DNA of 61,092 nt, counting the filler. It is 5 parts of 5 records of this genome, joined end to end, with 100 filler letters (N's around TTAATTAATTAA, not from the genome) between each part and the next. Parts side by side here need not be neighbours in the genome. Positions count along the whole stretch, not along the records: positions 1 to 9,845 come from SRR2962707_1691; positions 9,946 to 18,379 come from SRR2962707_1692; 3 more parts are not named here. One strand, given 5' to 3'. The translations under genes and the position numbers were made by a program. Under the pieces are notes generated by a model. The model was given only the letters and a program-made list of their open reading frames with translations. It made no database searches and was not told where the DNA came from. This document shows positions 1 through 12,066 of the stretch, in pieces. How positions within the stretch are numbered: the first letter of the stretch is position 1; every line of letters starts with the position of its first letter.

Positions 1-66
1 TGAGTGACTGGCTGGCTGGCTGGCTGGCTGTGTAGCTGGCTGTGTAGCTGGCTGGCTGGCTGGCTC
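1..66. repeat. (GGCT)n microsatellite at the contig edge, probably intronic
   Basis: Tandem ggct units interrupted by gtgta. Confidence 0.8.
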
Positions 67-204
67 AGTGAATGAGCAACTGTATTTTCGAAATGCCGGT
101 ACCGCGTACTGACTTGCTATGCCGATCCTGACTGACTTGTCTGCTCTGTCTTCTGTCGTCGTCGTCGTTGTTGTTGTTGAAAAAAACTGTTCACCATCGC
201 GTAG

Positions 205-640
205 GGGAGTGATCACAATTGTTCTAATCTCATTCATTATGTGCACGTTGCGCATTATGGCTTTCGACGAAAAGGTCGAGGTTCAGAAAGAATACCTAGG
301 TGTGTGGCGAACTGTGCAACGTGCTCCGTTTGACTGAGCACCAATGCTCGCCAACTGGTGTCCACCTGTAGTTGGCTTTTTTTGCAAAAGTGGGAACGCT
401 GGTGCTAACAACACACCACGAAACCGTTAACTGATTGTAGGCCATGCGGACATATACTTGAGCGCAATGAAATGGCGCAACGAACGGAATTGGTGGATTG
501 CCCTGTACGCGCTTACGTTGTACATGTTCCTGTACTTGTACAACCACACTCTGAAAGGGCACCTCATGACCGTCGATGGGCTGGCTCGTGCACGAATCAA
601 CGCTGACAACAAGAACGCTGACGACAAGAAAGACAGCTAA
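205..640 (+). CDS. 3' part of a BAP29/BAP31-like ER membrane protein (exons 205-299 and 441-640)
   Basis: GT-AG intron 300-440 joins the TM segment GVITIVLISFIMC in frame to ...MKWRNERNWWIALYALTLYMF. This resembles the BAP31 'RxQRNxYI' TM3 motif. Ends KKDS, an ER-retrieval-like KKxx. Confidence 0.55.
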
Positions 641-868
641 GCATGTGGAATACCCCCCCAGACAACGGTAAAGGCTGAAATCGTGACTATATGTCTGTGA
701 TGCCCAACGACTGTCGAGCGCCCTGTCTTGCGTTTGTTTTTTCACAACATAAAGTTACGGTCACAAGTTCTGGAAGCACGCCAAAAAAAATCGTGCTCGT
801 GTGCCCATGTTCCTCTGGTAGCGCAGCTCGGCTCCCCACTACGAAACAACCTCGGCACGAACACTACT

Positions 869-3800
869 TCAAAAAAAGGGTTCTGCAAGCTCCAGAAAGC
901 GATGCATGGTATACAACTCGTTAGCAGCACTGCGATCCAAATCGTCAACCACGTTGGCCTGCGAGCACACGAAAGCGCAGCGGGTGTATGCAGGTGAGCA
1001 ATCATTGGCACACCAACACTGGGCTAGCATGCGGTTGCCTCAACATCGCAATTTGTGACAATCCCGGGAAAAGTCCACATACCAAAACTGGAAGCGCCAA
1101 CGTCATTCGCAGCAAGGGACGAAGCTGCACAAGCATTTCCGGCGGAACAGGAGCAGCAGCACATTCCGCCTAAGCGCCGCAAGTCACAAAGGCAAAGGAA
1201 ATAATGATACTGGCAGATGGGTAGTCCAGAGTGTCCTGCATTTGCGTCTTTGCCAACGAACCATTCGACCAATGACACCACGAAGTTGTGCAAGGTAAAG
1301 GGCTCCCTCAGGTTCGACTTGTGACAGGTCCTCCAGACTGACCAATTGACTTGCAACATGCGCCTAATTACAATTTTACAGCAATGACAGCTCCAGTGAC
1401 TGCGCAATCAGCTGATTGCAACGCGAACATACATCATACATTGTCATTGTCTCAACACCAACCTTGGCAAACGAGATTGCGGCAGCCTGCGAGGAGATGT
1501 CAGCCAAGGCCGTCGGATTTGGATCGAGACTATGCAGCTTAACGAGGTTGGATATGCGGTCATCTAAGTCCGTTGCTTTTGTAGTTCCGCAGCATGGTAT
1601 TCAATAAATCAGTAATCATGAACATGACATTGATTCCAGGTTGCACAATTTCATGGTGTGTCTCAAGCGGTTGGAATGAGGTTGACTCACCAGCCTCGAC
1701 GGATGACCCGCCAGCGCCATCAATACCCATTGGTTTTAGCGCCGTCAGGGCACTGAGTGCACGACGAAGCAGCGCAAGTGTATTTTCTAGCTCTACAAAC
1801 CCTTGCTCGTCCATCTGAGAAAGGTTCAGTTTGCAGCGTTTACAGAAAAGCGGCCAAATTCGAACACGACATTTTAAGTCAACATTTGGAACCGTGCAAA
1901 CGAACCTCATCCAGGACGTCAATGCGCACAGGGAAAGAGACAAGCAGCTGCAGTGTTGCCAACATTGTTGATGCTTCTGTGGACAGCTGTTCGGTCCGTG
2001 GGACCACAGCTGGCAGCGGCAGGTGTGCCAATTCATCGACCACGCCCCGAAGACGTCTGAGATACTCAGCCTGCCGGATGAATGCAACGTTCCGCAGCAA
2101 CTTACTTGTTAGTCGACATAGGGTAAAGAAAAGTAGCATCAAAATACGAGTGACGATTTCACGCACGCCTTGGGGTTCTACTTCTTCAAGCTTGTCCAGG
2201 TCACGCCGGGCGCCTTGAACCCACAGTTTTGCAGTCGCAACTACTGTGTCCACAGCAGTGGCTGCAGATGAAGTTGCGGGCTCGCTGAGACAACATCACG
2301 ACAAGGTGTGTAAGAAAGATGGGACGGCAAACGAAGAAAAACTAGATCAAAATGCCGAGTTCCCGAACCTATCCAAGGTTGCCAAACGGGCTTGCAATGC
2401 CCGTACTCGATCTGAGACCTGTGAATCGTCCTCAAAATCACCTTCAAATGTGCCCTCGGCAACTTTTGCTGCCCCTTCGCCGCCTTTGGTTTTTACTTGT
2501 TGGCCCAGACGCGAAACACAGTCCTGTTCCATTCGATTCCCGGGCGACCAAAAGCACAAATGCAAAAGCTGGCATTTATTGATGGACGTGGCACATTAAT
2601 GCAGGGCGGAGCGCCAAGTACGTTCCACTACGTACAGAAATTAAAGCGCGTAGGGTTTCAATTTCAGCTTTGCCTGCATCGTCCATGTTGTCCACCATCT
2701 CCTCTCCCACAGGCCACATAACGACCAGAGCCAGTGGTTGAAGAAGCGAAGCTCTTTCATGTTGGTGGAGCGCAAAATGCAGCGTGTCAGTATCAAGAAG
2801 CAAGCAAAACCGAAACAATCTCACATTTGGAAAATAATTCCTATATTTCTGCACGCACCTGTGAGTGTTTGCAGCCATCTCATCGCAATGACCAGAACCA
2901 TCATCACCACGCCACTTGTCACTATCCTGATCGATACTCGAAATGATTGGCAGAAGGGCCCGTAGCCGACGAATATACTCAACACCTTCTGGCTCAATGT
3001 CCTCAAGCTCGGCAAGATTCCGTGCGGTTCGAGCTTCGATTTCGCGAGCTCGTTTCACTATTTCCACGAGCTGGTGATCCGTTGTGAGCAGGCGACGCAA
3101 AGTCCTTGATGCCTACGTGCAATTATCAACAACCAAATCCATCATAGTTCCCTCCTCTGTGCGGCTGCTATTCATTCTAGCCAGAGGACGCACAAACCTG
3201 GATCAAAAGCTGCATTAGCTGCACCAATTCACGTTCTCCCTCCTCATCAAGGTCATCAACCACGTCTGGTCGCACAGGAAAGGCAGTCACTAACCCTATG
3301 CCAGCATAAACAGCGTTCAACTGTTTCATTGACTTGCGGTCGAGAGGTTTCACAGGGATCTCAATATCTGCCAACGAATCACAAAGACTACGAAGCCGTT
3401 GTAGGTACCTGAGGAGGAAAACGGCACACCACGCAAGGGGTCAATCCGAGAACAAAAACAAACACACAAACAAGCCAAACACTCTCAGGAACTGCACTTA
3501 CTCGGCTCCCTCTGGCTCAAATTCGGCCAGTGTTTGCAAATTTCGGCGCCCCCCAGAACGCCATATCTGCGCCGTGGTGACAATTGTATCGATGGACTGC
3601 ACACCCGCCTGCCCAGGAGCACGAAGAAGTGCCCTAAGTTTTTTTAAAATGCGCGCCACTTCCTCGGGCTGCTCATCCCAATCATCAATGTGATCAGCTG
3701 TGTCTTGCTCACCCCTCTCAACGAGGCGAGCAACATCGTTGCCGAGCTGTTTTCCAAGCGTGCTGGCACCTTGAGACCCATCGGGATGGAGATGGCGTCC

Positions 3801-6800
3801 CAAAAGAACAACTGCTTGTGCAATAATTCGCCGAAGATTCTCCATTTCTACTCGCCCTGCCTCATCCATTTGGTCAACCAGATCTGGCGCGACTGGCCAC
3901 AGAACTGACATCGCAAGGGGTTGGTATCTACAAAACATTGACCACAAATCCGGCGTCACAAAGCAATGTAAAATTTTGAACCGCAGAACAGTGTACAAAA
4001 ACGTTGTGCACACAGATGGACAATTCACTCACAGCGACTGTCGAAAGCTCGCGGCGGCACTAGGATCCTGTGTGGTTGCCCCGCTTCCTGAGGTACCATT
4101 CCACATATCACTTTCTTGGTCTACGGATGCTACCACTCCGATCAATTTCCGAAGGCGGCGCAAGTATTCGACACCTTCGGGTTCCACTTCTGCAAGAGTG
4201 TCAAGATTACGTTGAGGGCCTTCGTGCAGATGCTTCGCCTGAGCCACCACCTTGATAAGCTCGTGATCAGTGTCCAAATGATGCTGCAAACTCCGTGATG
4301 CCTTCGTGCAAACAAACGACAAGGCAACGTTATCGTCGACTCCCACACGTTTGCTTCAAAGCATTCGACAATTGCCGAATTGCACTAAAGTATGCACCTG
4401 CTGAAGAAGTTGCATTGATTGCGAGAGCTCTCGCAGGCCCTCATCGTCCATGTCATCCACAACGTCCTCTCGCACCGGAAAAGCAGTCACAAGATTTATT
4501 GACGAAGCTATTTGCTGAAGCTCAACGTCGGTACGACTTCCCACAGGGGTAGAAATCAAAGCAAGACTGTCGATGAGGTTCCGGAGCCTTTGCAGATACC
4601 TGGCCAAAATGCACATTCAGCAAAGTCATGAATCCGATCATATCTCCTACTCAAAGCCATGCACAGCGTGCTGAGTCACGTACTCTGCCCCTTCTGGCTC
4701 AAACTTAGCGAGCTGGTCTAGATCGCGGCGAGCAAAGGAGGTCACAATTCCAGCCGTTTGCACAATTGAGTCGACTGGCACAAGTTTAGGAAGAGCTGAA
4801 GGTACAGCGGCGATCGAAGCAACTGCAGGGTTTGACAAATTATTGGCCTGCGTCGCCGGCGCTTGGGAAAATTTTGCTTCCTGGAACAAGTATAAGTCCA
4901 AAGGATCAACCGTCCCTTCAAAAATACTTCGGAGGACAGAAATTTCCTGCTTGCCAGCAGAATCAAGGTGATCTAGTGCCTGACTTGGAGCGGGCAATGC
5001 CAGTGTCAGTGCAATTTGTGAGCGAAGCTTTCGATCGAAGGGGGCACCCAATTCAGTCAAAAGGCAAAGCAACAGCACAACAACAAAACAAAGAGTCAAC
5101 GCAGCATTATCATGGACCGTAGCGGTCAAAGTAACACAGGAGGGTATCAGTTGACAACTGGGTGTCACGACTCCTGTTACATGCCAGAGTGCAGGTCTGA
5201 GTCAACTTACTTCGTGTAGCACCGGAGAATCGTCGGGATGAAAGTGTATTTGATCAACAGATGACAACTCTTCGGCAATGCGGCGGAGCCGATATATATA
5301 CTCCACTCCCTCCGGCTCAGCTTCAGACAAGTCGTTGCCGTCGTCGTCGACCGCAGCTTCTAAGTTGCGTGCTTCAGATAGTGCCGTTCGCGCTTTTTTT
5401 ATTTGTGTTTGTAGCTTTGAAGAATATCTTTGCAAAAGCTCAAAACAAAACGCCGCCTTGTCCAAAGTCACTGTGGCCTGGGAATGCACATGGTAAGTAA
5501 ATGTTCACACAATAGCCAAGTGCAGTATTAGCCAAGTGCAGTATTAGCCAAGAAGCTTTTTGGTTCCGTTCACACCACACATTGTGAATTGTACGCACCG
5601 CTACAACATCATCAAGCCAGCGCGAGTCCTCTTGCATGCCATCGACAATATCTGCGCGAAGCGGCAGGGCGTTGGCAAGTGCAACAGTTCCAAGCAAAGA
5701 CTCGCTGACATCGCTGAGTTTGGGGTGCTCAACCTTTCCAGCCTCCGTGGCCACTTGCTCGATAACCTGACGGCACTGTTGGAGGTAAGCTGCGCCCTCT
5801 GGTTCAGTTGCTGCCAGCTCATGAAGATCCAACCCACCGCCAGGGGCGCCTGGGCTAACACTGTCCAAATATTTGATGCATTCAGTCGCTAGTCCCGTCG
5901 CAGGCGACAAATGAGAGTTTGCATCGGGGGCGGCTGCTCGCATCGTCTTCCACTGACTTATGGCTTCGTCAACGCGACGTTGGAGAAGACGAGCCAGCTT
6001 ACGAGGCCTCATGGAGTGCGTATCTTGGACACTTGCGCCATCATTCTACGTGCAAAGTTTTCAGTGGAAAGATGTTATTGGCAGTAAATGCAGAAACTGC
6101 TCAAAACAAACTCGTTGCAGAAAGACGCCTTACCTCTGCGCTATCAGACTCTTCATCTGATGAATCTGAAGAGTCCAAGTGGTGGCCAATATTGGCGTTC
6201 TCATGAACCGTCTCGCGCGCAGCATCAGGGAACATATATTCACCAAGCACCGCCTCTGCTGCCGCAAGTACCATACGCGAATTGGTGATTTCTTTGATCC
6301 CCTCGTCAGGCATCTCATCCACCTCCGCCTCGCCAACAGGAAGTGCACAGGCCATTGCTGCATCGAGATAGCTGAAAGAACAAGGCCAAAAAAACAAATA
6401 AAAGCAAAGCTCGGTGGAACAGTGAAAGGACACTGTTCGTGAAATTACTGTCCCTATGTGGTAGCGCTTACGTGTTTCTGGCTTGCGAGATATCTTCTCC
6501 CAGGATACACACGCGGTCAACGAGTTTTCGCAGGCGCATCAAGTACTCTGCACCTTCCGGTTCGAACTCAGCAAGCTGTCATTGAAAAGCACACAGGCGC
6601 AAGCAAATACAAAAACCACAACACAATATATCAGGGCCCTTCAGTGACGCAAAGCAGGAAGACTGCACATCTAGAGACCAACAATTGCAGAAAAAAAGGT
6701 GGCACCTCCACTAAATTCACGGCAGGCTGTTCCCGGCGGACAGCCTTTGCGTTGGACACAAGCTGCGCCAATGGACCATTTTTAAAAGCCTCCTCTCTGG

Positions 6801-9508
6801 CCTCAGCAGCTCCTGGCTGAGGTCTACAGAACACGGAGCCAGACCAACGCGCAACCAACAACGCAAGCGACAGCATGTCATGTTGCAACTCAGGTCGTTG
6901 CATCTCACAACACCTGGGATTACTGTACATTATTACGTACCCTCCACAAATTTCCAATGGGTTGTAATGAGAACCAGTGGGAGTGTCTTCGTCTTCACTT
7001 GCATTGATTGTGCGAGTAAAATAATCAAAGCATTCTGCAATGTCGCAAAGCAACATCCGAATTGAATACCTAAGTGCCAGAATAAAAGAAAACTGTCAAA
7101 AAGTCCTTCCTGGACAAATGCGCTCAACAACACAACAAACGCAGTCGCAACAGCCACTCACAGCTCCTTTAATGCTTTTTCGTCGTCTAAGTTCCCATCG
7201 TCGTCAACAAGTGTGTCAACGAATGCATATTGAATCGGACATGCTGCAGCAAACCGAATCGCTGCAAGCGTTCCCTGGGTGTCAGGAAACGAGAAGACGG
7301 TGTCGGGTGTGATACACGCGGCTATTTTTCCAGCGGCATTGGCAAGCGTGCATGTAGTGAAAAGTAAATACACAAAGTGCATTGACGTACTGCACTTGTT
7401 TCGTCGCTGGCCGAGTCCCATGTCGTGACGTCACTAAAACTCGTAACAAGCTGACGCAGTCTCGTCAAGTACCTGATACAAATAGCAAACAACGATAGAT
7501 CAACCGAACGCTGCAAATGTAAGTTCCGGACGTGCCATATCAAAGCATACCAATTCGTTTCAACAATAAGGTCAACAGTGTACATACTCTGCTCCTTCAG
7601 GTTCTTCTACTGCGAGCGTTTTGACATCGACCACAAACTGCAACTCCATTGCACGGTCTTTCAAGACTCCAAGAGCAGTGGATCCTGGTTGAACATCAAC
7701 ATCACCCTCCTCAGAAGCGTCGAAGAGCTCAGAACCGGAAACACGGGTGATAATACGAGGTTCGCCGCCCTCGTGGCCATCATTGATTAAAACGTCGTAA
7801 GTTGGTGCCCAGCGGTCGTCGTGGCGCTGCACAACACGACCTGAGATCAATTCTGATCTGTTTGGGGGCAACACGCTGGAAGCAGCAGGGTTTTGTGAGC
7901 GACTCTGACGTCGCTTGCGAGGAGACGCAGCTGCAGAGCGTGGATTAAAGTAGACGGTGTCGCCCACTGCACGCAAAGGGCCATCAAATTGTGCCCGAGC
8001 GGCGGCACTCGGGGCTTTGGGAAGCGGCGCGCGTACAAGCCCAATTGGTACATGCTCTTGGAGGGTACCTGGGCAAGGCAGAGATATTGTGGGCAATAGA
8101 TATCAGACCATGGCAACCGTGAAGCCCAGATGCGAGCGAGCGCCACAACAACGTGTTGACAAATAGGGGGAGAAAATTGCAAACACCTATCAACGCGTAT
8201 TCAAAATGGAAGTGAGAAAGTCTGGAAAAACTGCGTACCGTCCCAAAGCCGAACCGCAACAGTTTGCCCGCCTGTAGCCATATGAGCGTGAGAAATATAA
8301 CCTCGGCACCACTTCTTCTTCGCCTTAGATCCAGATGGTGTTGCAGGGATTTCGCTGTCCTCGTCGCCGAGCTCATCCTCATCACTTGCATCGGGAAAAG
8401 AGGCAACCTCTACTTTCTGGCCAAACGCAAACCCTGGAGTGTCTAAAGGCGCCGGTGTTTTCTCAATTACTCTGCTGTTCCCTCCGTAAGAACCAAGGGA
8501 CTCGTCTTCACTGCTTGAATCACTGTTGGAATAGTTTTCCTGCGTATCAAAGAAAAAAAGTAGAGCAATTGATGAGAGTTTTCAGAGGTTCAGTTCATGC
8601 ATTTTGTCCGAGTTACCGGCCCTTCACTTGGCGCCTTGAATGCGAAACCGCAATCCCACAAAAACGCAACGCCAGCCCACAAAGCAACGACAGGGTCCAC
8701 TGCGTTTTTTTTTCTCGTGACGACACACCTCATTTGATGGGTCCAACGTGTTCAAGATTCGCGTAAGCGCAGAAAGCCCAGAGGCGTCACGCTTGTTCCG
8801 CGCGCGGTGATTGGCGAGGACTCGTTGCATCCCATCAAAGAAGGCCACGTAGTCCACTTTGTGATCTCCGTCATCCATGCGCTCTGTGCTGAGCTGCGCT
8901 TCACCGGACCCTGTCAACAAAAGTTCGATAAAAGCGTCACTTTCATCATGCGTTGTGGAGGTTGCATCAGTGGCGCTAGTGTCTGGGGCTGAAGTGGGCA
9001 AGCCAGCCGACGTTCTGCGAGCCACATTGGTCGCTACGTCCTGCAGTGTGTAGGCTAATGACATTAGCAGAATCGTCAACTCGCTGCTGGAGATCCACGC
9101 GCGATTGTTGAAGTCCATGAAGTTGAAAACAGCAGATATTTTCGAGTTGATCGGTGCATTGGACAACAGATAGTACGTGACAACGAGGCCGACGGCGTCG
9201 ATCACATCCGTTTCGCTCGCAGGCTTTGGTCTTGCTGAAGCGTCAGGACCGTTGTTCCGCGCGCAGTGAAACGTCCTCCACACTGCATCAAGATTGTGCT
9301 CGTCGTGGCTTCCAGTGCTGCTGAACAGCGTCGCAAATTCGTCGCGAGTGATGCCAAAACCCATGCCGTGAATGCTCCACTGCGCCTCCATCTTCTTGGG
9401 AACTATAATGTCGCAGCTCCACGGCCCAGCGCGGCCCAGTCCCAGCTGTTGCCCATTCTCGAGGGCATCAGCAGACGTGGTGAGCAGCTGAGCCCACTGC
9501 TGACCCAT
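869..9508 (-). CDS. Large multi-exon eukaryotic gene: MG- start (possible myristoylation), EF-hand, two Tudor/Agenet-like modules, 10 helical repeats
   Basis: ATG 9508 (MGQQWA); EF loop DFNNRAWISSSE; FGQKVEV...WCRGYI...VAVRLWDG and GDTVYF...GRVVQRH...TYDVLINDG. The GT-AG junctions I traced keep the frame and the last exon ends ...LAEPFF TGA at 869. Not every exon boundary was resolved. Confidence 0.65.
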
Positions 9509-9845
9509 CCTACAAGAATCACCTTGTTGTGTATGCTGTTGCTGCTGCTGCAGTTGGTAAACTGTCACACCGACCGAAGTGAGCAAAAAAATACGCAAGT
9601 GTGGACACAACAAGTCCGGCAATAAGGTCACAAGAAAACAACCAGAAAATCAAGGAACAAAGAACACGAAGCGGATAAGAGAAACACTCCCGAGCTCACG
9701 GGTTCTGCGCGGGAGTGGGTGAGTCTTTGAGAGTGTGAGGTCTCGCATGGATGAGTCCGTGAGTGAGCGAGTTCGCGAGCGTGAGTCTTTGTTTTTGATT
9801 TTGCGAAGAGTGTTTGCGAGTCTTCGTGAGTGAGTGAGTCGTGGT

Positions 9846-9945
9846 NNNNNNNNNNNNNNNNNNNNNNNNNNNNNNNNNNNNNNNNNNNNTTAATTAATTA
9901 ANNNNNNNNNNNNNNNNNNNNNNNNNNNNNNNNNNNNNNNNNNNN
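9846..9945. other. Artificial contig spacer
   Basis: 44 N + TTAATTAATTAA (stops in all six frames) + 44 N. Confidence 0.98.
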
Positions 9946-9946
9946 C

Positions 9947-10372
9947 GACCCCGAGGAAGAGCATGACTGCTTCTCTGACAATACCCAATGGAGCCATTAC
10001 TACGACGCTCTTGGTGTTCAGCAGGCTTATCTGGGCGAATACACCCGCATCGACGGGACCCAGATGTCAGGCGCGTCCCTGTCCGATCTGGTGGGCGAGG
10101 TGAACGCCGCCGCCGATACCGAACTGCGCCAAGAACTGGCCGCCACGATGACGGAAATGACCCAGATGGTTGATGCTGTGGACGACGGCATGGCCTATGA
10201 CATGATGCTGGCGCGTGGGAATGATGCCGGGGAAGAGCTTGTGATGTCGGCAGTTGACGCGCTTGTCGCGCAGACCCGTTCGATTGAACGGGTGGTGACA
10301 GCGCTCGACCTCGGTGGCATCACGCTCGAAGGCTCAGACAGCCTCGACGATCCGAACGCTGTCTTTCAGTAA
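9947..10372 (+). CDS. Imelysin / iron-regulated protein A family protein, 5'-truncated
   Basis: Frame is open from the contig edge; DPEEEHDCFSDNT signature; lies upstream of a di-haem oxidoreductase. Confidence 0.88.
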   Translation, partial: DPEEEHDCFSDNTQWSHYYDALGVQQAYLGEYTRIDGTQMSGASLSDLVGEVNAAADTELRQELAATMTEMTQMVDAVDDGMAYDMMLARGNDAGEELVMSAVDALVAQTRSIERVVTALDLGGITLEGSDSLDDPNAVFQ

Positions 10373-10491
10373 ACCCGACAGGGTGCGGCGCCGCGTCCCG
10401 TTGAACCGGGGCGCGGGCAGCTGCATGTTGCCGCAAAATTCCCGCCCCGACCGGCATATGTCCGGGTGGGCCTTTCCACGGACGCCTCGCA

Positions 10492-12066
10492 ATGACCCCA
10501 CTCGCACGCTTGCAACTTTCGATGATCGCTGCTTTGGGGATCTGCGCCGGATTTGCACCCTCGGCACGGTCCGACACCCCCGATGCGCTGGCTCTGCCGC
10601 ATTTGGATGCACTGCCCCGGACCACGGTCGAAACCGCCCGCATCCGCGCTTCGGTTCTTGCCACCACGGATTTCAGCGGACCCGAACCGTTCGAGGCGAA
10701 TTCAGGCGGCGCCGCAACCGTTCGCGCCCGCGCAACCGCAGATGCCTTTTCCCAGTCTTCGGGCAACATTCCCTTTGAACGCGAACTGGATTTCAAGGTC
10801 GGTGATGGCCTGTTCCGCAAACTCTGGGTGTCGTCCCCATCCTCGACCCTCGTCTCGGATGGGCTGGGGCCGCTTTACAACGCACGTTCCTGTCAGTCAT
10901 GCCACCTAAAAGATGGGCGTGGTCACCCGCCCGAGGGGTCGGACGATGATGCGGTCTCCATTTTTCTGCGCGTTTCTGTGCCCTCTACTGACGACGCACC
11001 GATGACCAAGATCGAAGCCTTCCTTGCCGGCATCGGAGAAGCAGGCCCGCGCACCCGGCCCGATCCGGTCTATGGCGGGCAGCTGCAGGATTTTGCGACG
11101 CAGGGCCACAAGGCTGAATACCGCTTTGACGTGGCCTATACCGAAAAACCGCTCAGCCTTTCGGGCGGCGAAACCGTGTCGCTACGCGTACCGACATATA
11201 CCGCTGCCGACCTTGGCTATGGTCCGCTTGGCACCGGTGCGATGCTGTCACCGCGCGTCGCGCCGCAGATGATCGGCCTTGGTCTGCTCGAAGCGATTCC
11301 GGCGCAGGATATCATCGCCCTGGCGGACCCCGATGATGCGGATGGGAACGGAATCTCGGGGCGGGTGCAAAAGGTCTGGTCGTTCGAACAGGACCGCCCA
11401 ATGCTGGGCCGTTTCGGGTATAAGGCCGGCGCGCCGACGGTCCGCGAACAATCTGCTGCGGCCTTTGCCGGGGATATCGGCATTTCTTCGCCGATCTTTA
11501 CTGCCGGTTTCGGCGACTGCACGGCAGAGCAGGCAGACTGCCGCACCGCCCCCGATGGCAGCACAGGTAGCCCCGAAGGCACCGAAATCGGGGCCGAGGG
11601 ATTGGATCTTGTGACCTTCTATTCCCGCAATCTGGCGGTCCCGGCCCGGCGCCGCGTTGGGGATGCACAAGTCCTGCGGGGCAAGCAGGTGTTCTATGAA
11701 ACCGGCTGCATCGCGTGCCACCAGCCGAAATTCGTGACCTCCCGCCTCGAAGATCAGCCCGAGCAAAGCTTTCAGCTGATCTGGCCCTACACCGATCTGC
11801 TGCTACATGACATGGGGTCGGGCCTGGCAGACAACCGCCCCGAAGGGCGTGCCACCGGAACAGAATGGCGTACGGCCCCGCTTTGGGGCATCGGCATGAC
11901 CGAAACGGTGAGCGGTCAACAAAACTATCTGCATGATGGCCGCGCGCGCAGCCTGCTCGAGGCCGTGCTTTGGCACGGAGGAGAGGCCGAGAGCCAGAAA
12001 CAGGCGGTCATGGACATGCCCCCCGCCGACCGCGACGCCTTGATCAGCTATTTGGAGAGCCTGTGA
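10492..12066 (+). CDS. Di-haem oxidoreductase family protein (DHOR, putative peroxidase)
   Basis: Signal peptide; CQSCH and CIACH haem motifs; DGLGPLYNARSC, WRTAPLWGIG, YLHDGRAR. Confidence 0.92.
   Translation: MTPLARLQLSMIAALGICAGFAPSARSDTPDALALPHLDALPRTTVETARIRASVLATTDFSGPEPFEANSGGAATVRARATADAFSQSSGNIPFERELDFKVGDGLFRKLWVSSPSSTLVSDGLGPLYNARSCQSCHLKDGRGHPPEGSDDDAVSIFLRVSVPSTDDAPMTKIEAFLAGIGEAGPRTRPDPVYGGQLQDFATQGHKAEYRFDVAYTEKPLSLSGGETVSLRVPTYTAADLGYGPLGTGAMLSPRVAPQMIGLGLLEAIPAQDIIALADPDDADGNGISGRVQKVWSFEQDRPMLGRFGYKAGAPTVREQSAAAFAGDIGISSPIFTAGFGDCTAEQADCRTAPDGSTGSPEGTEIGAEGLDLVTFYSRNLAVPARRRVGDAQVLRGKQVFYETGCIACHQPKFVTSRLEDQPEQSFQLIWPYTDLLLHDMGSGLADNRPEGRATGTEWRTAPLWGIGMTETVSGQQNYLHDGRARSLLEAVLWHGGEAESQKQAVMDMPPADRDALISYLESL

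Noticed and set aside
5513-5552. 16-bp tandem repeat TAGCCAAGTGCAGTAT x2.5 as a possible CRISPR
   Set aside because: No spacers, intronic, and no cas genes or arrays were seen anywhere in the window
9890-9901. TTAATTAATTAA palindrome, four copies
   Set aside because: Always centred in identical N runs; it is an assembly spacer, not biology
9700-10100. Apparent eukaryote-bacterium junction suggesting horizontal transfer
   Set aside because: The two sides are separated by an artificial spacer, so there is no physical linkage
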